In this document: one piece after another, positions 38,308 through 48,312 of the stretch | Position numbering within the stretch: position 1 is the first letter of the stretch | Layout: the number at the start of each line of letters is the position of its first letter | Virus record (IMG/VR): IMGVR_UViG_3300029305_004950 | Location: 125,430-189,429 of that record | DNA from: a virus | Taxonomy: Duplodnaviria > Heunggongvirae > Uroviricota > Caudoviricetes | DNA length: 64,000 nt | Reading direction: 5' to 3' (one strand) | Made by a program: the position numbers and the translations under genes | Notes under the pieces: generated by a model | Told to the model about the DNA's origin: nothing | The model's input: only the letters and a program-made list of their open reading frames with translations | Database searches by the model: none

Positions 38308-39675
38308 ATGCCTAGTGTTATTAATATACGTCAAACTATTACTGAATATTTTTCTGGTGATAGTGCTTCTACTAATTTTACTATAACTCACCTTCCTTTA
38401 GCTATACAAAAAATTACTGTAGATGACAATTTATTAGATGAATCTACATATAGTTTATCTGATAAAGTTGTCAAGATTAAATCTGCACCTGCTAGAGGTA
38501 ATAAAAATATAGCAATTACCTATACCTATTATAGTGAACTACCTTTTATTAAAGGTAAGGATGGTAAATCTGTTTATGAAGTAGCTAAAGAAAATGGTTA
38601 TACTGGTAGTGAAATAGATCTTTACGAAGCTTTAGGTGACTTAGATAAATTCCTACCCTTTACTGGTAATGAACCTGGTTTAGTACCTTCTGGTTCTAAT
38701 TCAAATAAAGCTCTTTTCTTATCTGGTGATGGTGTTTGGAGAACTCCAAGTGTTGATTTAAATACAGCTTTAGAAGATTATCCAACTGAAGATGAATTAA
38801 ATAAATTATTAGAAAATTACCTTCAAGATAAGGATTTAAAAAATTCTAATGCATTAGCTGGTATTTTAGAAAATTATGTTAAGTCTAATAATAAAGATAC
38901 TGTATTAGAGACAGTATTAAATGATGGCTATTATACTAAGGATGCAATAGATAAACTATTAGACGGCTATATTAAAAATGGTGAATTAGATGGTAACATT
39001 GGTAGCGATGAAGTAGCTGATTTACTAGCTAACTATGTTAAAAATAGTGAACTAACAGAAACTTTAAAAAAGTATGCACTTCTTACTGAATTAAGTAATT
39101 ATTACAAAAAAACTGAAATAGATGCTACATTAGGTGATTATTACAAAAAAACTGAAATAGATGCTACATTAAAATCTTATACTACTAATACTAACTTTAC
39201 TGATCTTTCAAATAAAGTCACTAATATAGAAAATAATTATACTAAAACATCTGATTTAAGTGATTATGCTAAAACATCTGATTTAACTAATTATGTTAAA
39301 ACTACTGATTTAAATAGTAAATTAACTAGTTATGCTAAAACATCTGATTTAAGTAGTTATGTTAAAACTACTGATTTAAATAGTACATTAAATAGTTATG
39401 CTATTAAATCAACAGCTACTACAGTTACTTTATCAGCTAGTGGTTGGGAAGGAACTGAAGCTCCTTATACCTATAATGCAAGTAATATTTCTGGTATTAC
39501 TGAAAATGGTATTGTTGCATTGGCTGATAGTAATACTTCCGCTCAAAAAGAAGATGCTGCAGATGCTTTAATTAGTGTCAGTGCACAATCTGTAACCAAT
39601 AAAACTATTACATTTGCTGCTAATGGCACTAAACCTACTTCCAATATTGTTTTACAATTGGTATTCTTTGGTTAA
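38308..39675 (+). CDS. tail-fibre-like protein with short tandem peptide repeats
   Basis: ATG at 38308 with GGAGG RBS preferred over the track start at 38290. Repeats YYKKTEIDATL x2 and YAKTSDL(S/T)(N/S)YVKTTDLNS(K/T)L(T/N)SYA x2. Confidence 0.55.
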   Translation: MPSVINIRQTITEYFSGDSASTNFTITHLPLAIQKITVDDNLLDESTYSLSDKVVKIKSAPARGNKNIAITYTYYSELPFIKGKDGKSVYEVAKENGYTGSEIDLYEALGDLDKFLPFTGNEPGLVPSGSNSNKALFLSGDGVWRTPSVDLNTALEDYPTEDELNKLLENYLQDKDLKNSNALAGILENYVKSNNKDTVLETVLNDGYYTKDAIDKLLDGYIKNGELDGNIGSDEVADLLANYVKNSELTETLKKYALLTELSNYYKKTEIDATLGDYYKKTEIDATLKSYTTNTNFTDLSNKVTNIENNYTKTSDLSDYAKTSDLTNYVKTTDLNSKLTSYAKTSDLSSYVKTTDLNSTLNSYAIKSTATTVTLSASGWEGTEAPYTYNASNISGITENGIVALADSNTSAQKEDAADALISVSAQSVTNKTITFAANGTKPTSNIVLQLVFFG

Positions 39676-39732
39676 TAAAATCTTTTTAAACTTTATTTCA
39701 GTTATGATGATAAAGAAAAAAGAATAAAGGAT

Positions 39733-39760
39733 AAAGGGAATTAATTCCCTTTATCCTATT
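39733..39760. terminator. bidirectional terminator hairpin (copy 1 of a repeated element)
   Basis: GGATAAAGGGAATTAATTCCCTTTATCC perfect palindrome between convergent genes. Confidence 0.6.
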
Positions 39761-39766
39761 TTTATA

Positions 39767-39925
39767 TCACTTATTATCAATAAATTCTTCTAATTCAAAC
39801 TTATAAAACCAAATCTCTCTTAGATCCTTAGTACGACAAAGAACTTGTTCTTTACCTTCTCTTAGAACCCATAAATAATCCTTAGTAAACTTGTGAATTA
39901 GCTTTTTACCATGAGTAAATTCCAT
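39767..39925 (-). CDS. small hypothetical protein (52 aa)
   Basis: Minus-strand ORF with AGGTGG RBS, below the track cutoff. Confidence 0.3.
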   Translation of the reverse strand: MEFTHGKKLIHKFTKDYLWVLREGKEQVLCRTKDLREIWFYKFELEEFIDNK

Positions 39926-40089
39926 AGTTAAATACCACCTACAACCTTTTTAAATTTTTAGTTCATATAATTTATATAAACTAATAGTTTTTTAGTAGTA
40001 TTTTTAGTTTTTAAAAAACTTATATGATAAAGAAATATTTTAAATCATTTATCCTAAAATCTAATCTTAAATTATATTCTTATGATATA

Positions 40090-40533
40090 TTAGATGGATA
40101 AATAATAACTAAACTCATTATTAGAAAAACCATAAGCGTTCATATCTATAACCATATTATCTTTAAGGACACGTACAACCCACATAAATGCTTCATCATA
40201 ATCATCACTATTAGAATACTCAAACTTTATAGATTCAAAACTATCTGCAGGAGTAATTTCTGGTATAGTTATCCCCCATTTATAAGCACTACCTGTGTAA
40301 GTCACATTATGCATAATAATAAATATAGAATCTATAGGTACTTGTATTGTGACTCCTGAATTATCAGCATTTACTTTTAAACGAATTAGAGATTTAGTAG
40401 CATAGTCATAGTAAATAATAACATTAGCTGGACTATAAGCTTCTCTATCAGGTTCTCTATCACTATTTAATGTAATAGTAGCCATCTCTGGCATATTACC
40501 AGAATCTCCGCCTCTTTTAACAAAAACAGACAT
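40090..40533 (-). CDS. hypothetical (virion-module) protein
   Basis: 147 aa, AAAGGAGA RBS. Confidence 0.5.
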   Translation of the reverse strand: MSVFVKRGGDSGNMPEMATITLNSDREPDREAYSPANVIIYYDYATKSLIRLKVNADNSGVTIQVPIDSIFIIMHNVTYTGSAYKWGITIPEITPADSFESIKFEYSNSDDYDEAFMWVVRVLKDNMVIDMNAYGFSNNEFSYYLSI

Positions 40534-40554
40534 ATTCTTTCAAGTCTCCTTTCA

Positions 40555-40872
40555 TTATATTACACCAATATTTATAGGTATATCAACTTCAGGAATTTCT
40601 ACAGTATAGAAAGTTAAACTGTTAAGACCTTGAGCTACCTTTTGAGAAGAAGGTCCTTTAATCCAAGCTTCTAATATTGATTTATCAGCTTCTATATCTG
40701 TTCCTGATAATCTTGCATCAACAATAATTATAGGGGTATTAATAGTTACACCAGATACAAATATAGACTGTTTATATCTACCATCAGAATTAGATTCCCA
40801 TCCAGAAATAGTAAGAGTAGCTGAAGAAGCTTTTCCATGATTAGCTTGAGGAATTGAATTTATAATACCCAT
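40555..40872 (-). CDS. hypothetical (virion-module) protein
   Basis: 105 aa, AAGGAGGG RBS. Confidence 0.5.
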   Translation of the reverse strand: MGIINSIPQANHGKASSATLTISGWESNSDGRYKQSIFVSGVTINTPIIIVDARLSGTDIEADKSILEAWIKGPSSQKVAQGLNSLTFYTVEIPEVDIPINIGVI

Positions 40873-41110
40873 AAAGTCTTTATTACCCTCCTTATTAGAT
40901 TTTATTTGAAAACTTAATTTCTAATTAAAACATTTAACAATCAAAAATTTTAAAGAATAAACTATTTTAATTCCTAGAAACAAACTATTATAGTTTGTTT
41001 CTAGATTCAATAGCTTATTAATTTTTTAAAACTAAAAAGGTAAGAAGTTATTGAAAAGCTATTTTTATGTTTTTGTTATTAAATTTTAAAAGGGAGGTTA
41101 TAAATATTTT

Positions 41111-42187
41111 ATGAGTATTATAAATGCTATACCCCAAATTAAAAGTATAGATACTAGTGAATTTGCTAAAATTACTGATTTAAGTGATTGCATGAAAAAA
41201 TCTGAAGTTTTACAATTATCTTCAGAACCAAATTCAACTACAATTGGTTATGCAGGACAAATGGCAATTGTAAATACTGATACAGTATATGTTTGTGCTG
41301 GTGCTATAACTGACGGTACTACAACTCAATATGTATGGAAGAAAAATAGAAGTGGCACTGTTGCTGGAGATAATGGTAGTGATCCTCTAGTTTTTACTAC
41401 AAGTAAAACTATTGATCTTAGTGCTTATGGTTTAGAAACTGGTGATAGTATTACTATTGCTTGTGTTAGTGGTGGTAATGGTGGTCAAGCTGGCGGCGGT
41501 AATGCACTTAGAGATGAAGTAGGTGGTAATGGTGGAGCTGGTGGATGTGGTGGTAAAAGTACTGGTAATAGTCATAGTGGAGGTGGAGGAGGTAGTGGTG
41601 TAGGATATGGTGCAGGTGGCGGAGGTGGTGGAGGTAGACATTATTATAGTAGTACATCTGGCGCCACTAAGTATAAAGCTGGTAATGGTGGAGCTGGTGG
41701 AGCTGGTGGAAAATGTGAGGTAAAAACTGTAACATTAACGTCTACGTCTGTTGCTGTTACTATTGGAGCTGGTGGTACTGGAGGTAGCGGTATTGCTAGT
41801 TCTTCTGGTACTACTAGTGCCGATTATACAATTGGTAATGTTGGTGGTACTGGAGGTACTACATCCTTTGGTAGCTATTTATCAGTTACAGGTGGCGGAG
41901 GTAAAGCTGGTGGTAATGGAAGTAGTGGCGATTATCGTAGTCCTAGTACTTATGATGATTATTCTTATGGTGGTTATGGTGGCGGCGGAGGAGGCGGTTG
42001 GTACTGGACTACTGGAGTAATTGGTTCTCTAAATCAATATGGAGCTGGAAGTAATGGACCTGATACTAGTAGTGCATGGGAAACTTATGGTGGTAGAGGA
42101 GGCGGTGCTGCTGCTGCTAATGGTGGTACTGGAGGTAATTCTGGCACTGATAGTGGTTCTGGTGGCGCAGTCTTTATTTGGTATTAA
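41111..42187 (+). CDS. glycine-rich tail-fibre-like protein (GGxGG/GNGG repeat arrays)
   Basis: 358 aa; long GGNGGAGG / GGGGSG tracts in the C-terminal two-thirds; AAGGGAGG RBS. Confidence 0.55.
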   Translation: MSIINAIPQIKSIDTSEFAKITDLSDCMKKSEVLQLSSEPNSTTIGYAGQMAIVNTDTVYVCAGAITDGTTTQYVWKKNRSGTVAGDNGSDPLVFTTSKTIDLSAYGLETGDSITIACVSGGNGGQAGGGNALRDEVGGNGGAGGCGGKSTGNSHSGGGGGSGVGYGAGGGGGGGRHYYSSTSGATKYKAGNGGAGGAGGKCEVKTVTLTSTSVAVTIGAGGTGGSGIASSSGTTSADYTIGNVGGTGGTTSFGSYLSVTGGGGKAGGNGSSGDYRSPSTYDDYSYGGYGGGGGGGWYWTTGVIGSLNQYGAGSNGPDTSSAWETYGGRGGGAAAANGGTGGNSGTDSGSGGAVFIWY

Positions 42188-42205
42188 TAGGAGAGATGAT
42201 TGATT

Positions 42206-42649
42206 ATGAATAAGAAATATATAAGATTAGATGAAACTAATAGAGTTTTAGAAATTATTCCTGAATTTGATCCTGTATTTCCTGAAATACCATTAAGTGA
42301 AAGATATTCCAAAGTATTTATAGATTCTCTTATGGAAATTGAAGAAGATGTAAAAGTAGAACAAAATTGGTACTACAACAAATCTACTAATGGTTTTGTA
42401 AAAACTATTAATGAAATTCTATCTTCTTCTGAATTAAGAGAAAAGGCTTATAAAGAATTAGCTATTATTAACTGGGAATCTTCTACAATTACTGTTGATA
42501 AGGCTAATGAACTTTGGATTGCTTATACTGCTGAAGGAAATACTGAAAAGTCTAGTAAACTATCTGCTTTAATTGCAGAAGCTAAAGCTAGCATTAGAGA
42601 AATGTATCCTGATGAAGTAGTTGAAGAACCTACTGAATCTGTTGAATAA
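42206..42649 (+). CDS. hypothetical protein
   Basis: ATG at 42206 with AGGAGAG RBS (track TTG at 42200). Confidence 0.5.
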   Translation: MNKKYIRLDETNRVLEIIPEFDPVFPEIPLSERYSKVFIDSLMEIEEDVKVEQNWYYNKSTNGFVKTINEILSSSELREKAYKELAIINWESSTITVDKANELWIAYTAEGNTEKSSKLSALIAEAKASIREMYPDEVVEEPTESVE

Positions 42650-42658
42650 AAATAAAAA

Positions 42659-42687
42659 GGATAAAGGGAATTTAATTCCCTTTATCC
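42659..42687. terminator. bidirectional terminator hairpin (copy 2)
   Basis: GGATAAAGGGAATTTAATTCCCTTTATCC; same 13-bp stem as 39733-39760. Confidence 0.6.
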
Positions 42688-42702
42688 TTAAAAATTACTT
42701 AA

Positions 42703-43476
42703 TTAACCTTCATAGCAAATATAGATATCACCAGTAGGTAGTGAAGCACCAGAACCAATGTCATTAGTTCCAGCATAGATGTTTCTAACTTGTTTAGTAC
42801 CTAAGTTAGTAACAGCACTTGCATTAGCAACAACTTGTCCTGCTAAAGTACCAGCAGTAATAGTATTAGCACCTTGATTGTGAGAAGTAGGAGCTACACC
42901 ACTAACTTCAGATGCACTGTGAGTATGACCTACAGGAGAAGCACCAACTTCAGATAAGGTATAAGTAAGACCACCAGTACCGTCAAAATTCTTACTAGAA
43001 TTACCAATCTTAATAGCTCTACTAGTAGTTAACTTAGCAGCAGAATTTACACTACCAGTAGGAATTACATAATCTACACCAGCTTGAGCAACTGTAATTG
43101 TACCATTACCATTACCTTTTAATAATCCATTAGCAGTAATAGTAGCTTGTTTACCTGCAATACTAGCTAACGCAATATAAAAAGCAGCTTCAGTTCCAGT
43201 ATAACCACCAGCTACAGCAGATTCATATGCTGATTTACCATCAGCACCAGCAGTAGTAGGAATACTATCCCAATAACTATAAGAGATATTAACGAGTCCA
43301 CTAGGGGCAGTATTGAATGTAACAACATTACCAGATAGAGTATAACCAGAGTTAGCACCAGATACAATTATCTTAACATTTTGGTCTGGTATATTTTGTA
43401 AAGTAAAATCCTTCTGAGAACCATTTCCAACAAAAGTTTCAGTAATAGGAATTTTAATTTTTATAGATTCAGCCAT
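42703..43476 (-). CDS. tail-fibre / receptor-binding-like protein
   Basis: 257 aa, Gly/Thr/Ser/Ala-rich, AAGGGGG RBS. Confidence 0.5.
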   Translation of the reverse strand: MAESIKIKIPITETFVGNGSQKDFTLQNIPDQNVKIIVSGANSGYTLSGNVVTFNTAPSGLVNISYSYWDSIPTTAGADGKSAYESAVAGGYTGTEAAFYIALASIAGKQATITANGLLKGNGNGTITVAQAGVDYVIPTGSVNSAAKLTTSRAIKIGNSSKNFDGTGGLTYTLSEVGASPVGHTHSASEVSGVAPTSHNQGANTITAGTLAGQVVANASAVTNLGTKQVRNIYAGTNDIGSGASLPTGDIYICYEG

Positions 43477-43521
43477 TATAATTTACCCCCTTTATTCTAT
43501 AAATTTTTGAAATCATTTTTT

Positions 43522-44283
43522 TTAGGTATTTTTTAATCTTTCGTCTAGTAAATTCATTACAAATTGATAAACTGCATTAGAAGTGACAAGATTATCACTG
43601 CCAAAAGTTACTTCATTATCAATACTAAATCCAGTACCATCAGGATTAAACCAAACATCAATTTCATCAGTAGGTCTAACCTTACTTACTTCAATTCTAC
43701 TATTGAATTTAAGGTTTTGTACGGAAGCTTTTTTATCCTCCATATCAATAATGACAGAAACGATACTATTAACTTCAAATGCATGTTTATAATTACAGGT
43801 ACAGACGTTTTCAGAGTCTACTAATTCATAATTTTCTCCATCAATTACAATGTGAGTTAAATCACAACTAGCTACTGGAGTTTTAAAATTGATCTGTAGC
43901 TTATTCTGTACGTACATACCAGTAGGTAAAGATAATGTTAATTTTTTATCAGCGATACTACCATTAACTGTAGCTGCTACAGTACCAGCACCAGCAGTAT
44001 AAGCTACTTCATATTTTTCAAAAGGAATTAATTCATAAACACCTTTAGAAAAACTAGTAGCTTTAAAAGTATCACCAGAACGTTTATAATAAGTCTTTCC
44101 ACTTACTGCAGAATTATCAGAAGTTACTTGATAGTTAGCATAATCAGCAAAACCAGCTTCAGAAATATCAGAGAATTGTTTAAAACAAAAACCATTAGCA
44201 TCATATAATCTAATAAAAGAAGAACCTCTAACAGCTTTATTATAATCATAAGATACTAAACCTTTTACTAAAACACCTGCCAT
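43522..44283 (-). CDS. hypothetical virion protein
   Basis: 253 aa, GGAGGA RBS. Confidence 0.5.
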   Translation of the reverse strand: MAGVLVKGLVSYDYNKAVRGSSFIRLYDANGFCFKQFSDISEAGFADYANYQVTSDNSAVSGKTYYKRSGDTFKATSFSKGVYELIPFEKYEVAYTAGAGTVAATVNGSIADKKLTLSLPTGMYVQNKLQINFKTPVASCDLTHIVIDGENYELVDSENVCTCNYKHAFEVNSIVSVIIDMEDKKASVQNLKFNSRIEVSKVRPTDEIDVWFNPDGTGFSIDNEVTFGSDNLVTSNAVYQFVMNLLDERLKNT

Positions 44284-44303
44284 AATAAGTTTCCTCCTTC
44301 CGA

Positions 44304-45191
44304 TTAATAGTTAGCTAGGGTAGGTTGAGCATTTACAGAAATAGTACCACCAGTACTATAAGTATATAGAGTTCTAGCAACTAAATTAGTAGTTTTAATA
44401 CTTACAGAACTTCCACTATCAACAATAATACCATCAACAACTTCATTATTACCACCAGTAATGGTATCTATATACATCTGAGATAACTCAGATACTTTAA
44501 CTGCTGTAATGGCACTATTAACATTGATAATACCTTTGCTAATAAAAGTACTAGCTTCTTTTAGTTCAATACCAGTATCAGTACTATTAATAGTAATTGT
44601 ATATCCACTATCAAAAACAACAGCACTGTCAGTAATAGTTATACTATTAGCAGTTAAGTGTATTCCATTAAACTTTACAGAAACACTGTAAGAAATGGAT
44701 AAATTATTGATAGTGATATCATAATTATCTCCACTAAAAATAATAGAACCACCAAAGAAACCAGTTACATTAACGACTTCATTATAAGTTCCATTATCTA
44801 TAAAGGTAATATATGCATTATTACCATTTAAATTTTTAGGAATTACACTTAAAGCCTTATTAATAGTAGCATAAGGAGCATCCTTACTACCATCTCCAGT
44901 TTCATCATTACCAGATATACCTACATAAATAGTTGCATCTACTAATAGATTAGGACTTTTTGAACTAACTATATTGTTTATGCTACTATTGTTATTATTA
45001 CTATTTTCTTTAGTAACAAACCAAACAACTTCACTACCAGAAGGAGCCTCACTACCAACATGAACTTCAGGAGGACTAATGTTATTTTCTAAAGCAGTAT
45101 ATATACCGCCAGATGTAACTAGATTAGGACTACCAGAGATAGGCATTTCATCAATTGGACGAGTAGCTTTTGCTAGGATAGCTTCACCCAT
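44304..45191 (-). CDS. tailspike-like protein with parallel beta-helix-type repeats
   Basis: Repetitive N/T/S/I/V-rich ~22-aa segments (ITINNLSISYSVSVKFNGIHLTANSITITDSAVVFDSGYTITINSTDTGIELK). Confidence 0.5.
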   Translation of the reverse strand: MGEAILAKATRPIDEMPISGSPNLVTSGGIYTALENNISPPEVHVGSEAPSGSEVVWFVTKENSNNNNSSINNIVSSKSPNLLVDATIYVGISGNDETGDGSKDAPYATINKALSVIPKNLNGNNAYITFIDNGTYNEVVNVTGFFGGSIIFSGDNYDITINNLSISYSVSVKFNGIHLTANSITITDSAVVFDSGYTITINSTDTGIELKEASTFISKGIINVNSAITAVKVSELSQMYIDTITGGNNEVVDGIIVDSGSSVSIKTTNLVARTLYTYSTGGTISVNAQPTLANY

Positions 45192-45437
45192 GTATAATCA
45201 CTTTCCTTTCTTCATTAGATTAAAAGAAATTATCTTTTTTAAGAATTTTTACAATTAAAGGACTTTTTAATCATTATTTAATTCATTATAGATTTGTTTA
45301 AAATGTTGCATTTTTCTATTTTGAGTGGTTATTAAGAGTGCATTTTTTATAGAAAATTTATACTCAAACAATACTATAAAACAAATTTTAATAAAGAAGA
45401 TAAAAATCATAAAAATATTAGGAGGTTAACCATTATC

Positions 45438-46358
45438 ATGACTGAGTTTTATCATTCTTATTTTGATGAAAGATGGAATAAAGAAAAATCTAAGAATGAT
45501 ATAGATATTTCTGAGATAACAAGTAATTTATCTATATCTATGTGTCTTTCTATATTATTCAAACAAGAAATCTTACCTACAGAATTTATTAATAACGATT
45601 TATTCGGTATTATTGAAAAGTATAAACTTTATATGACTAAACTAGAAAACATAAATGAAATTATAACTCAGTTAAAAATTGGTAATCCTATTGTAGTAAA
45701 TATACATTCAAGTAATGCAGTATATAATAAAAAACAATCCTTAGTTATTACTAGTTTTGATGAAAGCACTAATACATTTTCTATAAAAGATCCTTATTTA
45801 TATACAACTAAATATACTAAGGCAATAAAAGAAAATCTAGTTAATTATAAAACACCTACAGGATCAGTAAATCTTATTAGTAATAATGATGCACTTAAAG
45901 GTTTTGATATCTTCATATCAAAACATGCATTAGAGGAAATTAGTAATACTATGGATTTTTATTCCATATCTGATAATGAAAAAACAAGTGAAGAAACTCC
46001 TATTTACATTATGAAAATAACTAGTACTAGTAAAGTTTCTATTAGAAAATTACCCAGTTATTCTTCAGGAAAAATCTGTTATAAATACATTAATGATATA
46101 GTCAATATCTATGAATTGGCCGATGAAAATTGGGCTAGAACTGATAAAGGTTGGATACAACTAGAAGAAGGTTTGATTCTAAATCAGCCAGTAACTAAGG
46201 TATTAAAAGAAAAAACTAACATTAGAAAATATCCTAATAATAATGCTACAAAACTAGGTAGATATAATAAGGATGCCGAAGTTAAGATAACTCAAGTTTT
46301 AACAGATTGGGTTAGAACTAATAAAGGTTGGATATTATCTAGTTCCTTAACAGATTAA
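45438..46358 (+). CDS. hypothetical protein with two C-terminal SH3-like repeats
   Basis: Repeats ...ENWARTDKGWIQLEEG and ...TDWVRTNKGWILSSS; AGGAGG RBS. Confidence 0.5.
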   Translation: MTEFYHSYFDERWNKEKSKNDIDISEITSNLSISMCLSILFKQEILPTEFINNDLFGIIEKYKLYMTKLENINEIITQLKIGNPIVVNIHSSNAVYNKKQSLVITSFDESTNTFSIKDPYLYTTKYTKAIKENLVNYKTPTGSVNLISNNDALKGFDIFISKHALEEISNTMDFYSISDNEKTSEETPIYIMKITSTSKVSIRKLPSYSSGKICYKYINDIVNIYELADENWARTDKGWIQLEEGLILNQPVTKVLKEKTNIRKYPNNNATKLGRYNKDAEVKITQVLTDWVRTNKGWILSSSLTD

Positions 46359-46361
46359 AAA

Positions 46362-46392
46362 TGACAAAGGGAATTTAATATTCCCTTTGTCA
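46362..46392. terminator. bidirectional terminator hairpin (related to 39733 and 42659 copies)
   Basis: TGACAAAGGGAATTTAATATTCCCTTTGTCA. Confidence 0.55.
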
Positions 46393-46398
46393 ATTATT

Positions 46399-46758
46399 TT
46401 AAGTAAAAGATAAAACCTGAATATCAAATGCTTCAGTTAAAGCTTTATTACTATAAACTGTAATAGAACCGTCATTAGAAACGATTTTAACAATATTTGC
46501 AAATAAGTTATCTTTCTCTAAAGTTTGCTCATAAGTATCTTCTACTAATTTTTTAACTTGAACTACTAACTTACAACTAGCAGTAATATCTTCCATATCT
46601 CCAATAGTTTGCATATAGTAATTACCATTTAATTCCCAATTAGTAGTTATGGTAACTTCATTTAACTTACAAACACTAGCACCAGCTTTAGCATATCTTG
46701 GATCTAAAACATCATATAATTCAGGTAAATCTAACTGTTTAGATCTAACTAATCCCAT
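46399..46758 (-). CDS. hypothetical protein
   Basis: 119 aa, AAAGGGGAG RBS. Confidence 0.5.
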   Translation of the reverse strand: MGLVRSKQLDLPELYDVLDPRYAKAGASVCKLNEVTITTNWELNGNYYMQTIGDMEDITASCKLVVQVKKLVEDTYEQTLEKDNLFANIVKIVSNDGSITVYSNKALTEAFDIQVLSFT

Positions 46759-46939
46759 ATACTATTGCTCCCCTTTCTATTTTAGTTTTATATAAAACGA
46801 ATCTATATATTTTTTACTTTCTTATATATTTGTTTCCTTTTTATAAGATATATTATTTTACTTTCTATAGTATTTTTAGTTTAACAAAAAATTATACTTT
46901 GTATAAAGTATTTGTATAAAGGAGGATAGTTTTAGAATT

Positions 46940-47299
46940 ATGTATATAGGAGAAACTACATTAACATCTATAATTAAAAATGATGAAAATATTGATTGGA
47001 TTGAAATATTTAGTATTAATGAAAATAGAAGCGAGATTTGTTTATCTAATAATGAAAAATTCACTATTAATAAATCATTGGAATACATAATCAATATTTT
47101 TAAAAAATTTGAAGATAGATATGCTCTTCCGCCATTAGAGGATATTTGTTACAAATTTATAGCTATAAATCATACCAATATACAATATATTGATGATGAG
47201 AATATTTTCTTTAAAGATGGTTTAAAATATACTGATTTTTATGCCAATACAATGATACTAATTGATAAGTATCAATTATCCTTTGAATATCCATATTAA
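46940..47299 (+). CDS. hypothetical protein
   Basis: 119 aa, AAGGAGG RBS. Confidence 0.5.
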   Translation: MYIGETTLTSIIKNDENIDWIEIFSINENRSEICLSNNEKFTINKSLEYIINIFKKFEDRYALPPLEDICYKFIAINHTNIQYIDDENIFFKDGLKYTDFYANTMILIDKYQLSFEYPY

Positions 47300-47302
47300 A
47301 AA

Positions 47303-47342
47303 TAATGAGACTAACCTTTAAATTAGGTTAGTCTCATTATTT
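47303..47342. terminator. bidirectional terminator
   Basis: AATGAGACTAACCT-loop-AGGTTAGTCTCATT. Confidence 0.55.
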
Positions 47343-47349
47343 TAGTCAA

Positions 47350-47853
47350 TTATCTATTAAGAATTAAAATACTTAAATCATCTTTTTCATCAGGTCGATA
47401 TCTATTAAATGTAATTGTGTTAGCATTTAATTTAAATAAATCAGTAGAATATAGAATTCCATTTACAATTACTGCTATTACAGTTTTATTAGCTTGAAGT
47501 ACTAAAGATTCCTTTAAGTTTACAGTAGTATCATCTAATACATTAAAATTATATAATTTGTATTGAGAGATATAACCACTATTACCAGCACTTGAAGATG
47601 TAAAAATCATATATATTCTATCAGTAGAATAAACAGGATAATCTTTATTAATAACAACTTTATTCTTAGCAAAACTATAATTAACAGATTCTAATAGAAT
47701 ACCATTTATAAAAATACCAATAGGAAATTTTAATTTTTTATTTATTTTGAAAATTTCAGTAAGATCTATACAAATATCTTTATTTTCATCTAAATAAAAA
47801 TTTCTCTGATTAGATTTAAAATCTTCCTCTAATTTTATAAACTCATATTTCAT
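47350..47853 (-). CDS. hypothetical protein
   Basis: 167 aa, AAGGAGG RBS. Confidence 0.5.
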   Translation of the reverse strand: MKYEFIKLEEDFKSNQRNFYLDENKDICIDLTEIFKINKKLKFPIGIFINGILLESVNYSFAKNKVVINKDYPVYSTDRIYMIFTSSSAGNSGYISQYKLYNFNVLDDTTVNLKESLVLQANKTVIAVIVNGILYSTDLFKLNANTITFNRYRPDEKDDLSILILNR

Positions 47854-47979
47854 ATAACATTTTTACCTCCTTATCTTTATTATTTTTGATAAGCTTAATA
47901 ATGTTTTGTTTTAAGAAATAAGAAAATCCATAGTAAAACAATTCTATAAATAGTATTATGAAAGGAGGTATCTTTAGTT

Positions 47980-48312
47980 TTGACAATTCAAGAAAAAAGA
48001 AAAAAGATAGAAACTATGATTATCAATACTATGAACTTAATGGATAAGACTGGTAGTAACGGAAACAAGTATAAAGTCTTTTTTAAATCTATGAATGATG
48101 ATCAATTTTCTAAATGGGCAAAAAATTTCTTAAAAGATGATGAGGAAAATTTTTATATGGAAATCTTACCATATAAAAATGAACCAAAGCTAAAAGATTT
48201 AATTGAAGCTGGAGAATACCTAGATGTTCCATTAGATGAGTATATATACTATCGTGATAATGGAAATATGGATAATCCAATTAGAAGTAAGTATAAAGTA
48301 CCAGTTGGGTAA
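47980..48312 (+). CDS. hypothetical protein; possible 5' exon of an intron-split gene
   Basis: TTG start with AAAGGAGG RBS. Stop lies about 35 nt before a group I intron P element. Confidence 0.45.
   Translation: MTIQEKRKKIETMIINTMNLMDKTGSNGNKYKVFFKSMNDDQFSKWAKNFLKDDEENFYMEILPYKNEPKLKDLIEAGEYLDVPLDEYIYYRDNGNMDNPIRSKYKVPVG

Noticed and set aside
41432-42020. ORFs 41432..41641(-) and 41751..42020(+)
   Set aside because: Alternative frames of the GGTGG/GGAGG repeat DNA of the glycine-rich gene (poly-T/S and poly-V/L translations).
43564-43824. ORFs 43564..43824(+), 43583..43792(+), 44509..44691(+)
   Set aside because: Opposite-strand frames within well-supported minus-strand virion genes.
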